This document shows, piece after piece, positions 27,468 through 41,957 of a stretch of 64,000 nt of DNA (its first letter is position 1; each line of letters opens with the position of its first letter). A program made the position numbers and the translations under genes. The notes beneath the pieces are model-generated. The model had not been told where the DNA came from, did no database searches, and saw nothing but the letters and a program-made list of their open reading frames with translations. This DNA is from Octopus bimaculoides (taxonomy: Eukaryota), in the NCBI RefSeq assembly GCF_001194135.2, contig NC_068982.1, forward strand, positions 123,684,297 through 123,748,296. Reading direction: 5' to 3'.

Positions 27468-29408
27468 TTTTATCATTGATATCATTAAGATCATTATTTT
27501 AACAACTGTTTCCATTCTGTAGGTTGGCTGTCATCTCTCTTCCCATTTTTATCCTGTTTGGTCTTGTTTTAGAAATTCACTAAATCTATCTCTATTCTTA
27601 CCCTCTTCTTCCAGGTTTTCCATTAATCCCTTACAATAGTTGCTCATTCAGCATGTAGTTTCCTTTCACATTACCTCTCCATGTCATCACAGTCATATTG
27701 AATCAACAAAAGAAGCCTTTATGCAGAATCTTAACCTATTAAAAATAGTTGGGAGATCTTTCTCAAATCGTAACCAACAGTCTTATAAATTAAAGGACAC
27801 ATTGGATAATGGATTCATAAATATGCAAAAATCCCATGGCTTGAATATCATTTTCTCAATCAGAACTGACCTGGAGCTCAACAACAACAACAATAACCAT
27901 AGGCATGACCAATAATGTCGAGTCAAGTACATCAACATCAGCAATATCAAAATTGAATCAAATGGAAATTGTAGTTGTGATCCCTGTGCTGGTAGCACGT
28001 AAAAAGCACCATCTGAATGTGGCCGATGCCAGTGCCACCTTGACTGGCTTCCATGCCGGTAGCATGTAAAAAGCACCCACTACACTCTCGGAGTGGTTGG
28101 TATTAGGAAGGGCGTCCAGCTGTAGAAACACTGCCAGATCAGATTGGGACCTGGTGCAGCCTCCTGTCTTGCCAGTCCCCAGTCGAACTGTCCAACCTAT
28201 GCCAGCATGGAAATGGACGTTAAGTTAAACGATGATGATGATGATGATGATATATATATATATATATATATTATAGTGGGGTAGGCCAGTTTATAGGTTA
28301 CCCTAGGTTTCTTGCTCATAAGGGGTTTAACCTTACGGCATATCTTCAGACCCCAAACATTGCTGGCCTGAGACCTCTTTAAGACATGGAGGGGGAAAGC
28401 CTCATTTTTAAGGGTAAAACCTTCGGTGATTATTTGCCTTTGCTATGGTCCATTGATCTTTGGAGAGAGAGAGAGATGGTGCCATGTAAAAAGCACCCAG
28501 TGCACTCTGTAAAGTGGTTGGTATTAGGATGAACATAGAAACCACAGAAACTGTACCAAAACAGGCAATGGAGCCTGGTGCATCCCCCTGCCTTACCAGC
28601 TCCTGTCGAACCATTCTACTCTTCCCAGCATAGAAAACAGATGTTAAATGATGATGAAATCTGTTACTTTCCATTGGCTAATAATCCTAATGTCTAACCA
28701 CTTCTTCACTCACAAGGAATACATTGTATCTCAAATAGTCTGATTTTAAGAATAGACATTAGACTACTTAATTTGGGGAAGGGTTCAATCTATTAAACTG
28801 TCTTCCTTTAGTATTTGACTGTTACTTTATGTTATCCATTTTAGTTGAATGGAAAGCAAAGTTGATCTCAGCAAGATTTGAACATTGACGTAAAGCACAA
28901 ATTGCATCTGGTGTTCTTGCTAACTGCTACTGCAGCTGGGCAAGTTTTGATCTTCCTCTGATATTTATTGTGTTTCTAACACATCACATCCATCAGAGAT
29001 GTTATCTCAGTGCAAATTCTTTAGTAACTGGCCTATCTACAGTGTCTCTTCTTCTTAATCTTAATATTCTTCCCAATTACTCCTTATGTAATGTGGGGTA
29101 ACCATGTCTCTCCTCTATGGCAAGACACCTGTGCTTGTCCTTCTATCTTACTTTTAGCCTCTCAACACCTGGCATAAAGCCACCTCCACCTCCCACATAC
29201 TTTCATCACTTAGTCATGGCAGATCTTCTCTTTCCTGCTCTTTTCTGTTTTGCATCTTACTCAGCAATCTTGCTAGTGATGGTGGCCTGTAAAAGCATCC
29301 AATACACACTGTGAAATGGATGGTGTTAGAAAGGGCATTGAGACATAGAAACTATGCGAAAGCTCACACATGCACACACATACATATACATACACACATG
29401 CACACACA

Positions 29409-29442
<34 letters not shown>

Positions 29443-30369
29443 TGCATGTTCGAACCTTTGAAGAGGTGGGTAATAAGATATACTTTACCTGAAAAACAGG
29501 TAAGGGTTAGTGACAGGAAGAGTATCCAGCTGTAAAAAGAAATGTCTCAATGATATATTCACCTAACCCATGCTGGAATGGAAAAACAAGAAAAGACAAA
29601 TTTGATTTGATATATTCTGTAATTGATGCTTTGCTCCAAAACAGAGATATGATAAAAAACATTCCAGCCTTGCTCATCCCATCTTATTTTTAGATACAGT
29701 GTATTTAATACTGTATTATGAATGCATCCTTTATTTTGCAATGTGGTAGATTGTAATTTGAAGGAGATTTGGTTACCATTTCTAGCAGGGCAAGTAACAA
29801 TGTAAAGGTTGCTTCGTTGGCTCACTTTGATATGCATATAATTGGTGTATTGATGTGTGCTCCACAGCCTAATGAGCCAAGAATTTGACAGTAACAGAAA
29901 CAACCTTTCTAAGTCTACCACCTCGAAATATTGTAGGTAAATAAATATATGATGTATGGGATATTCATAACTGGGGGAAAAACCCTAGAGAAATGTAAAC
30001 ACAGAGAAAGTCAAGTGATAGTCTTAAGAGTGATAGGCTGGCTATAGGGCTATAAAATAAGAATTATGGTTGACTAGGGACGTAAAGAAAGCTATAAAGT
30101 TAAGTAAACAAGGAAATCTGTCTATAAACAAAATAAGTAAATACATGAATGCAGGCACACTCATGCATACATGTACACACTCACACACCTATCACACCAC
30201 ACATACATACATACATACATACATCCATACATGCATGCATACATACATACATATGATATATATCACACACGCATACACATAACCATATAGACACATATAT
30301 ACTCATAACTGTATTGACAAACACATACAGACATATACACATATATACACATACGTATATACATATACA

Positions 30370-30406
<37 letters not shown>

Positions 30407-30431
30407 TTATTTATGAGGGTAGAAATTGATA

Positions 30432-30476
<45 letters not shown>

Positions 30477-30504
30477 CACACAGACACACACACACAGACA
30501 CACA

Positions 30505-30861
30505 CACACAGACACACATGTGAGTATATTTAGTAGATGGAAACTGAAAGAAGCCCATTGTATATATCATCATCATCATCATCATCATCATTTAACGTCT
30601 GTTTTTCATGCTGGCATGGGTTGGACGGTTCGACTGGGGTCTGGGAAACCAGGAGGCTGCACCAGCCACCAGTTTGATCTGGCAGTGTTTCTACAGCTGG
30701 GTGCCCTTCCTTACACCAACCACTTCAAGAGTGTAGTGAGTGCTTTTTTACATGCCATTGGCACAGGGGCCAAAGGGGGCTGGCATCGACCATGATCGGA
30801 TGATGCTTTTTACGTGCCACCGGAACAGAAGCCAGTCACAAATATGTATATGTGTGTGTGA

Positions 30862-30896
<35 letters not shown>

Positions 30897-31140
30897 CGCG
30901 TGTGTGTAAGCAGGTGTATTTGTGTGTCTGTGTTTGTACCCCTCACCATCACTTGTCAACTAATGTTGGTGTGCTTATATCCCTGTAACTTAGCAATTCA
31001 GCAAAAGAGAACCAATAGAATGAGTTTTAGGTTTCCAAAGAATAAGTCCTGGGGTCGATTTGTTCAACTACAGGCGGTGCTCCAGCATAGCCACAGTCAA
31101 ATGACTGAAACGAATGAAAGAATAAAAGAATAAAAGAATA
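30505..31140 (+). mobile_element. SINE family A split by an antisense RTE tail inserted in its central microsatellite
   Basis: GTAGATGGAAACTGAAAGAAGCCCATTGTATATAT | (CAT)n TTTAACGTC...RTE tail (-) | (TG)n TTTGTGTGTCTGTGTTTGTACCCC...tail A. Confidence 0.8.
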
Positions 31141-31460
31141 CATTAATACAAAGTGATACACACTCACATACATTTATATGAGACGAAGACACTGAGGCAA
31201 AATGGCAGAGGGGTTGAGGTGGTGAACTACTGAGAGTTATCGTGATGCGCCCCTCAGCAGTTTGCCAGCCTCACATAAAACAAGCTCCACTCTATACTTC
31301 ACGGTTGAGTGATAGAGAGAGTATCCAGCTGTAAAAATAATTGCTTTAACAAATAAACTATCACACCCATGCAAGCAAAGACAAATGGTTTTATAACCAC
31401 AAAGTAAATACACACACACACACACACACATGTATATATATTATATATATATATACATGC

Positions 31461-31534
<74 letters not shown>

Positions 31535-31818
31535 GCATATATTATATGTATATGTATGTATGCATGTATGTATGTATGTGTATATGTATGTATGTGTCTG
31601 TGTGTGTATATGAATAATATATACATACACATTCATATGTGTATATGCATATTTATATGTATATTCATGTAATATATGCATATACATATATATGCATATA
31701 TATATATGTCTATATATATGAATATATGTATATATGTATATATGTATATATATATATGCATATACATATATATGTGTGTGTGTACATATATACATATGTA
31801 TATATATATATATATATA

Positions 31819-32245
31819 TTACTCTTTACTGTGGCCATGCTGGAGCACCACCTTTTAGTTGAAGAAATTGACCCCAGGACTTATTCTTTGTAAGCATCAT
31901 ACTTATTCTATTGGTTTCTTTTGCCAAACCACTAAGTTATGGGGACAAAAACACCAACATCAGTTGTCAAGCAACGGTGGTGGAGAGAGGAACAAACACA
32001 GACACAAAGACCTATCACACACACATACATACATACATACAGACACCTATCACACACACACACACACACACGCACATATATATATGATGGGCTTCTTTCA
32101 GTTTCTATCAACCAAATCCACTCAAAGCTTTGGTCGGCCTGAGCCTATAGTAGAAGACAATTGCTCAAAGTGCCATGCAGTGGGACTGAACCCAGAACCA
32201 TGTGGTTGGGAAGCAAGCTTCTTACCACACAGCCACTCCTACACC
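31819..32245 (-). mobile_element. SINE family A, full length
   Basis: All modules present; the head ends ...CACACAGCCACTCCTACACC on the + strand. Confidence 0.85.
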
Positions 32246-32282
<37 letters not shown>

Positions 32283-33399
32283 ATATACATGCATATACAT
32301 ATATATGTGTGTGCGTGTGTGTGTGTTTATACATGTAGATATGTGTGTGGTGCATGTGTATACATGTGTGAGCATGTATGTTTGTCTTAACATTGCATAA
32401 TAGTTGTAAATGAGTGTCACCATCATACAAGCTGTGCTTTTCATTTCTAATCTTCTGTAATAATGTGTCTGACCATGGGGAAATATAACCTTGCTTGTAA
32501 GCAGATGAGTGTTGCTCAATCAACTGAACTACAAACTCATTAAATTACCATCTAAGTGGTTGTGTATTCCACTGTCATGTACCCTTACTGAAATTTCCAG
32601 GTCAAATTGGTATGAGACAAAATGCTATATGGCTAGACTGTTGAATTTCAGGAACATTCTATCCAGCATGCTTCGACACAGTTTCCACATACCCACTTTG
32701 ACTGACGAGGTTCGAGTTGGCTGGGGCTATGGTAAGTGACACTTGCTCAGCATGTTACACAGTGGGATTAGATCTGGAATCTCATGATTGCAGAGCAAAC
32801 TTCTTAGCCATACAGCCACGCCTGCAGTCATTCATCAGCAGAAAACATTGATAGTTTTAAACATAGGCATAAGTGTTGTTGTAGCTGTTTGTCTATGATG
32901 CTTAGTTCCTAACCATAAGGTTTCAGATTCAGTCCCACTGCATGGCACATTACATAAGTGTCTTCTACTATAGCCTTGGGCAGGCTATATATGTATGGAT
33001 GTAAAGGCATGTAGCTTAGTGGTAAGGTAGTCACACTCATGATCGTGAGATCATAAGTTCAATTCCTAAACCGGCTGTGCTTTGTGTTTTTGAGCAAAAT
33101 TTTCATTTCATGTTGCTCCAGTCCATCCAACTGCAAATGGGTAATCCTGTGATGGACTAGTGTTCTGATCGGAGGAGGAAATATTGGCCTGGTCATTTAG
33201 CCAGTGGCATCATTTGTGTGTCTTTGTGTTTGTCAGTGTTGATTTGTTTCGCAGTTCAGCAAAAGAGACCAACAAAATAAATTCCACACTTAAAAATATC
33301 ATAAGTAATAAATTACAGCTTAATTTTGATTAGGAACAATTCTTGGACAAGTATTAAAGCATTATTCATGATCTCACGATAATCATCTCATGATAATCA

Positions 33400-34140
33400 T
33401 AATTAGAAATACAAAACATGATTGCTCTGGTTGTGAAAGGACTTGTTTTAATGAAAACATTCTTCCATTAAGATGACTTTCTATGGTTTTCAGACACACG
33501 GTCAATCCATACGCTGAATGTAAATGCTCACAAAGATTCTTCAATGTTAACTCATCATCATTGTTTAACATCAATTTTTCCATGCTGCCATGGATTGGAC
33601 AGTTTGACCGGAGCTGACCAGCTGAGGAGCTGACCAGCTGAGGAGCTGTCCAGACTCCAGTTGTCTGTTGTGGCATGATTTCTGAAGCTGGATGCCCTTC
33701 CTAATGCCATAAACTTTACAGAGTGTGTTTGGTGTTTTTTATGTGCCACCAGCATGGGTGTGTTTAAGCAGCCCTAGCACAAGTGCATTTCATGTGGCAC
33801 CAGCACTTGTGACCATAAAATTAACCACTCAACGAGTGATTCAATATATTCCTGTTCTATATCCTTGATTTTCTCAGACACCTCCACAGTGCAAATATGA
33901 TGTGTGAACTGTACATATCCAGTTACATCCTGTTGTCTTCTTAACTCCATGTGCAGTAGCAAAAAATTCCCAGCTTTCATGTTCGGTGGTAGACAGTACT
34001 TTTGGTTGAGCTCCAACTGCAAACCAGATTTCTTGTATGGTCCCCCCCACTTACTTCCCTGCTGGACATCTTGTAAAATATCAGCATTTGTAGCTTGAGA
34101 CAAGTTTTGAGACAAATTTTTATCAGCCATAAGTAAACAA
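33400..34140 (-). mobile_element. IS630/Tc1-like transposase remnant interrupted by an RTE tail
   Basis: EQEYIESLVEWL | RTE tail at 33545-33815 | ELTLKNLCEHLHSAYGLTVCLKTIESHLNGRMFSLKQV resembles the winged-HTH (xTLxxLxxxLxxxxGxxVSxxTIxxxL) of IS630-Tc1 transposases. Confidence 0.5.
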
Positions 34141-34964
34141 AGCACTGTAGGCTTAAGTTACATGAAATAAATCCAGAATTAACACTTCTGTTTCCATATT
34201 TTCTTGTTGAAACATACAACTTTCGTTTGAATTAATTTTGAAAAATGAAGAATTTAGTAAAACAACTTTGTCATTATTAAACCAAAGTTTGGAACAAATT
34301 AATATGAAATTTTGTCACAAGGTTTTAATTTACATGACTTTAAAGCAGAGATCATTTATTATAGTATCAGACAGATTGGTGTCAAAATCAGTATTACCTT
34401 AAATGATTCTAAGCATAAATCATTCATTATTTTACTTGTTTCAGTCATTGGACTGCGGCCATGATGGAACAATAGCTTTAAAGCTTTCATCATCATTTAA
34501 CGTCTGCTTTCCATGCTGGCATGGGTTAGATGGTTCGACTGGAACTGGTAAGCCAGTTGTATAAATTGACCTGCCTTTACTCTTATAAGTCTGGTACTTG
34601 TTCTATCAATCTAGTTTTCTGAACCACTAAATTACAGAGATGAAAACAAACCAACACTAGTTGTCACATGGTGGTGGGACAAACACAAACACAAAGAGAT
34701 ACACACATGCACTCATGTAATAGGCTTCACACAGTTTTCATCCATTAAACTGACAATGCTTTGGTTGATCTATGCTGTAGTAAAAGACACTTGCCCAAAG
34801 TGCCATACAGTAAGATTGATCCCTAAACCATGTGGTTGCATCTATGGCTGGATGCCTTTCTTGTCACCAACCAACCAATTAAAATAGGATAAAATCTTTA
34901 GAATTTATTAAGTAGTCAGTGGGAAAAACCTCATAAGGGAAAAATTATTAACTATTCCCTTTAA

Positions 34965-35109
34965 ATATATTTATTTATATTAAGGGCATTACTATACATA
35001 AATGCCTCACACTACGAAGGACTCTTAAAGTCAAAACTATTGACTTTAAGAGTCCCTCGTAGCATGAGGCATTTATGTATAGTAATGCCCTTAATATAAA
35101 TAAATATAT
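34965..35109. repeat. Near-perfect inverted repeat (70-bp arms, 5-nt loop AACTA)
   Basis: Pairing 34965-35034 with 35040-35109 gives 67 Watson-Crick pairs and three A.C mismatches on + (35010/35064, 35011/35063, 35018/35056), which are G.U on -. Confidence 0.95.
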
Positions 35110-35158
35110 ACATATATATATGTATGTATATATGTGTGTGTGTATATATATATATGTA

Positions 35159-35191
<33 letters not shown>

Positions 35192-35895
35192 NNNNNNNNN
35201 NNNNNNNNNNNNNNNNNNNNNNNNNNNNNNNNNNNNNNNNNNNNNNNNNNNNNNNNNNNNNNNNNNNNNNNNNNNNNNNNNNNNNNNNNNNNNNNNNNNN
35301 NNNNNNNNNNNNNNNNNNNNNNNNNNNNNNNNNNNNNNNNNNNNNNNNNNNNNNNNNNNNNNNNNNNNNNNNNNNNNNNNNNNNNNNNNNNNNNNNNNNN
35401 NNNNNNNNNNNNNNNNNNNNNNNNNNNNNNNNNNNNNNNNNNNNNNNNNNNNNNNNNNNNNNNNNNNNNNNNNNNNNNNNNNNNNNNNNNNNNNNNNNNN
35501 NNNNNNNNNNNNNNNNNNNNNNNNNNNNNNNNNNNNNNNNNNNNNNNNNNNNNNNNNNNNNNNNNNNNNNNNNNNNNNNNNNNNNNNNNNNNNNNNNNNN
35601 NNNNNNNNNNNNNNNNNNNNNNNNNNNNNNNNNNNNNNNNNNNNNNNNNNNNNNNNNNNNNNNNNNNNNNNNNNNNNNNNNNNNNNNNNNNNNNNNNNNN
35701 NNNNNNNNNNNNNNNNNNNNNNNNNNNNNNNNNNNNNNNNNNNNNNNNNNNNNNNNNNNNNNNNNNNNNNNNNNNNNNNNNNNNNNNNNNNNNNNNNNNN
35801 NNNNNNNNNNNNNNNNNNNNNNNNNNNNNNNNNNNNNNNNNNNNNNNNNNNNNNNNNNNNNNNNNNNNNNNNNNNNNNNNNNNNNNNNNNNNNNN

Positions 35896-35946
<51 letters not shown>

Positions 35947-36589
35947 CATACATTTGTGTGTGTGTGTGCATGTTTCTATGTGGGTGGGGTTTCTGTGTAA
36001 CTTTGTCTTGACATCTTGTATAAATCAGCTTCACCATTATGCCAATGAGGTTGATTATTTCCAGTCTTCTGTGAAAAACATGTCTGGCTATGGAGAAATA
36101 TCACCTTGCTTGGAAACATGTGTGGTTGGGTGAAAGTAAAGGCATCAAGCCATTTAAAATCTGCTTCAGAAAATTCTGCCCAACCCATGCAAGCATGGAA
36201 AAGTGGACATTAAATCAACAAAGATGATGTATCTCTATTAATATATATATCTTATGACCAATTCATTGAAAAAGAAAATCTGTAAAATTACTAGACATTT
36301 ACAGTTCAGCACCTAACCATTATTACACAATTGTTTACATATGTGGAATAATGTCACAAAATTTTTTTTCCTCTTTTGGTTATGGCAAATGCTGACTCAC
36401 TCGTAACAAACTTTTTTCATGCATTTTATAAGACTGTTACAAATTTAGCATTCTTCCACTATTTATCAGGTCTATTCTTAAATCAATTGATGATATAAAG
36501 GAGTGCCAACAATATATTATAAGACCTTCAGATTTAGCATTTTTCTTAAAGCAATTTATCACCATTGTCATTGTCAGCATCATCATCAA

Positions 36590-36995
36590 CATTGTCATTG
36601 TCCTTGTCATTGTTTTAATGTCTATTCTCCTATGTTTGCATGAGTCAGACAAAATTTGGTGAGACACATTTTTTATGTCTGGATTCCATTTCTGTCACCA
36701 ACCAACACTCGTTTCCAAGCAAGGTAATATTTCTCCACAACTGGATGTGTTTTCACAGAAGACTGGAAATGAACGACACTGTGTGATGGTGACACTCGTT
36801 TTTCAGCCATCATACATTGTCAAAACTAGAATACTCTACAGACACACACACATATAAAAAACAGGCTTCTTTCAGTTTCTTGCCCACCAAATCCACTCAC
36901 AAGGTTTTGGTCAGTCAGAGGTTGTAGCAGAAGATACTTGTAATAGAATGGGCTGAACTTGAAGCCACATGGTTGGGAAACAAACTTCCTAACTA
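36590..36995 (-). mobile_element. SINE with family A head and RTE-like tail (tail 2); also 37275-37650(+), 57600-58080(+), tail-only at 32330-32520, 36005-36230, 46950-47150
   Basis: Head A is followed after the microsatellite by ...GTAAA.GAGTGTCACC.TCATAC...GTCTGG.CATGG.GAAATATTACCTTGCTTGGAAAC..., ending in the RTE-like ACCCATGCAAGCATGG...TTAAA(ATG)n. Confidence 0.75.
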
Positions 36996-39433
36996 CACAA
37001 CCTGATGACATATAAGAATGCTTTAAATTTAGAAATCTTCCTATATATATTATGCTTATTCTTAAATCCATTGGTAATATAGCTATAAAGGAGTGCTGAC
37101 TACATATTCAAGTAATAAAATGGTGGTTTTGATGATTCCCAGAGTTCCTAACAATGATCTTTAATGCAATTGTGATCATTTATTCCCTTGAAAACATTGG
37201 AAATAATATAATCTATCATTTTATTACATAGATACCTATATAATTAAAATATCAATTAATTTAATTTTCCATTGTCATGGCAGTATAGTTAAGATATTCA
37301 GTTCCCAAATATGGTTTTGGGTTCAATCCACAGCATAGTACCTTGGGCAAGTGTTTTATACTATAGCTTGGAGCTGACCAATGCCTTGTAAGTAGATTTG
37401 ATAGACAAAAACTGAAAGAAATGTGTCGCCTGTATATGTGTATGTGTGCCATCTCCTTGTCTTGATATCACATGATGGTTGTAAACAAGTTTCACTATCA
37501 TATAGGCAGTTAATTCCATTTACAATCTTTCATGAAAATACGTCTGGTCATGGGGAAATATTACCTTACTTGGAAACAAGCGAGGATTAGTGATAAGAAA
37601 AGCATGCACTTATTGAAAATTTGTCTCAATAAATTCTGTCTGATCTGTGCAGTGATTCATGGTGGTGCATTAATGTGCTGAGAGTGTAACTTAAAACTTC
37701 AGAAAATTACATGAAACTCAGTTTGCCACAAATTCAAAATGACTAAGAACTGCTGTTCTGTTTAGTAAGGCAAGTACTGTAAAGCCACCCAAGCTATAGC
37801 AAAGGATATATCTTCTACTTATGAAACTTAATAGGTATAAACATTCAAGATTGACTTACTTGCTTGATCAACCAAAGTGTAATGAAGTTAGTTAACCTGT
37901 AATATTTTTTTTAATCTCCACATTTAACCTTAGTGTGGTTATTTTTCATTTTGGAAACAGAAATGATTAAGCTCACCTTCTCTTTTATTCTTGAACCAGT
38001 TGGTTCTCTTCCAATTAACAACCTCACTTGATAATTAATTCCAGCTTGCATAGATCATGTTCAAGAATGTTTACTGCTCTGTAAACTTGTTGCAACATTT
38101 CATAAGTAGCATATGTGAAAAAAAACCCTCATGGATGACTGGGAAATTTAACATAGCTTATTCATTGAATTTCTTTCAAATTAAACAGCAATTTTGCAAA
38201 CTGAATTTGATATATTCTTTTCTCAGAAACAAATAATTTATTTCAATTAATTTTTGTTTACTTAGCTGCTAGAATCTTTTTAAAGTTGTTGAAAAGAATT
38301 TTTCCATTACATACAAATGAAATAAAATTAAACAAAAAATATTATTTTTTTCAACCTTCTTCATTTAAAAGTGTCGATATCAGGAACAGTATAAAATATA
38401 GGATCAGTGCTGTCTTTAAGTGAGTGCTTCCGTTTCTTTCTAATTTCTAAAGAAAAATTTGCTACAGAACTAGGAAAATATTTGAGACACTTATTATAAT
38501 AATGTGGAAAAACATTAATTACATTGTTATTTATTTATTTAATTAGGATAGTGTATAGAGCAATGACTATAAGCAGCTATTGCCAATTTTATTGTAATTG
38601 TGGACTCAATTAACATTTCTGTTATGGAAGAGGATAGTTATGAAAATGTGACTCAGAAGCATCACACAAAAGTAGTAATACCCAATATTAGATAATAATG
38701 TTTAACAATAAATGATTTTATTTCATGGTTTGGGAGCTTTCACTGATGAAACAAAATGATTAAATGTGAAATATAAATTATGCAATTTTGGAAAGATTTG
38801 TTCAGTTCTTCATATGATTCTCTTATAATCTCTTTTCACATTTAGAAGCAGAAAATAGATTATAGATAAAAGGAAAGTTCACACAAATCAATACAAAGTG
38901 AAATTACAATATATTTTATTTACCATATTTAACCATTTTAATGCAAACTTCCTGTGTATTCATTCATTGTAGCAAACATTTTGTGAATTCATTCATTGTG
39001 AAATTTATGATGAATTAAATACAATTTTAGGTATGTCACTCTTTGTGTATCTCCTTAAATTTATCACAACCAATAATCAAAGTTTAAATTAAACACTTTT
39101 AGAGATTTATTGCGAAAATTAAGGCTTCTTTTTTGAATGATAGTAAATATTATAACTATTATCAGTTAGCAAAGTTTAAAATAAAACATTTGAGAGATCA
39201 TTTCTTACTTTCATTTTTTTTTTTGTTTTTACATAACAACAATATCAGTATTTTTCTGTGGGAAAGGAATACCATAAATGGAATGAACACTAGCATATTA
39301 CTGCTAATTATATCACACTCTAAAGGTGTTTTAAAAAGGAGACATAGGATACATTATGCATGAATAAAAGAAAATGACACAGTTTGAATTTCTTTGATTG
39401 TGGGACTTCTCAGCCAGGGATTATCAAGGGCTA

Positions 39434-39464
<31 letters not shown>

Positions 39465-41905
39465 GCAACAACAACAACAACAACAACAACAACAAAAACA
39501 ACAACAACAACAGCCACAGCTATTTGCTTTATTGAACTCAGGGTGATGAAATGTAAACTTGTTACCAGAAGGATTGGAACTCAAGCTTTAATAGAAGGAG
39601 ATTAAACTAAATTTTAGATAGCATTGAATCCTTCTCTCTGCTGTTTCATCCACATCTACTGTTATAACTTACTACACTGCTACAATAATTGTATGAACTA
39701 AAATCATAACCGACATAATTATTAATTTCTTACAGACATATAGCAGGAGTATATTTTAGTATATGATCATATCTTTACAGTTATTAATGGCTTTGCTCCA
39801 ATAATGGACACATATATTAAAGAAACTAATATCTTCTTGCTCTTATAGAAATTCTTATTCAGAGATGTTTGGATAAGTTCTAGACCATAAATATTGCATT
39901 TAAAATTTAATTGGTTGGAAATAGAAGCAAACTAATCAACTAAATCAAGGAAAGCTGTATGAAATAAGTAACAATTATTGAGGATGGACTAGTGGGTGTG
40001 CCTTCTAAAATAAGTAATTTGATCTGTAGATATAACTCTTCCTGTAGATATAATTTCATCATGCAGAGAACATGTTTTTAAGTTCAAGAAAACATGACCA
40101 ATAGCTATAGGGTACAGCTAGAAATTAAAGCCGGCCCAATCAAGCTAATAATTCTATCATAGCAAGTCAGAAGAAATTACATCATTGATGAGCTGCTTGT
40201 TAGTTTATAGTTCTGAATCTACATCTAGTCAATAAATAGGCGTGTGGATAAGACATTCACTTTGAAATTCTGTGCTTTCAGGTTCAATCCCATTGTGCAA
40301 CACCTTGGGCAAGTGTCTTCTATCATAATATTGACTTCACTAAAACCATGTGAAATTGGGAAGACAGAATCTCTGCAGAAGTCTATCAGATGGATGATAC
40401 TTGCTTTAGTGGGGTTATATTTAATTTATCATCTGGTTTAACACCACTACATGACTGACCCTTTGGTGCCTTTATTAGGGTATACTCTATTCTGTTGCAA
40501 GCAGTTGAACTAAATCTCTCATCTGATTTGCACTACTGCAAGAGTCATGATTTCTTTTTCTTTTTCTTCATCAGTCTCAGAATCTGCTCAAAATGGTCAT
40601 GAGTTATGCCCTTTGCTCTTTGACTCTGCTATAAAAAAAGCAAAAGGCAAAAACAGAAAATGAAAACATAGGAATAGCCATTGCTACGTATGTAATTAAA
40701 AGAAATTTGTTTCACAACCACATGGGTTAAGGTTTAGTCCCTACTGTGCAGTACCTTTGGAAAGTCTTCTGTCCAAACCGATGGAGAGCCATTATTTTAT
40801 GATATGCAGTTAAAACATACTGTTTCTTAAAACAGTAAGAAATAAATGTATTGCCATCATCATAATCACTTTCCATTGTCACTAAATTCTTTAAAAAGAT
40901 CTTAAAATATATTTAGAAATATCAGTAAGTAATTGAATGCTATATATTTCTGTACCAATGAATACGTACTTATGCAGCTCCACAAGATAAAAAGCTTTCA
41001 TTACTATTTGAGAGGTTTCAAATTTCATAAATAATGTGAAATAGTAGTTAATAGAGAGGTTTAAAATGTCAAATTTCTTGTCAAAATTGTTATCAGAATT
41101 GACAAGATATTATCTTTTTACATGTTAATGGGGTGCCTCATACAGAAAATAGTAATAGGATATAGGAGAAACACTTCATACATGAAATGTGTCATAGGAC
41201 AGCGAAAAAATATTGTGATGGCTTGATTAGAAGTTTAAAGTCTTTGCTTTCCTACATTTTTCAGCTGTAACTGTCATCAGATATGAGTTTCTTACTAAAT
41301 ACATCGCAGTCTTGAAAACTTAACATATCAACAGATGCTATTGATGATGAAATCTTTTTTTGCAATTTCAATAATTTGTGTCATTGGCTGCATTAGAAAA
41401 TGTATTTAACATGTATTTAGAGACACTCAAGAGTATTATCAAAGAAAAGAGAGAGCAGCCTTTCATGTTAACTTTGATAAAACACATTTAATATAAGCAA
41501 GAAAAATATCCGAACAAAATTATAACCTGAATGAAATGCTTGATGAAATATTTAATATTTAGTACTTCAATAACATTTATATTAATGGATATAAAACGTT
41601 TACTAAAAGAAAAAAGAAAGGAACAGAAAAGAAAGCAAGGAAAGATATTGTTTGTGTATATGTAGTATAATAGGAATTTATCATTTGGCTATAATTGAAG
41701 AAGAAGTAGCTTTGGAAAACATTTTTTTTTACATACGCAAGCATAATCTAGTGAGAATTATCTTTTAATTGTTTAAAGCTTCTTTTAAAATTCTGTGTAT
41801 TACATGAAAAATTTAAGATAGGTGTCAACAAAAGAAACAATGCGTCACATACAATATCTATTAGCAACAAACTAAAGTCTGTACATTTATATGTATATAT
41901 ATATG

Positions 41906-41957
<52 letters not shown>

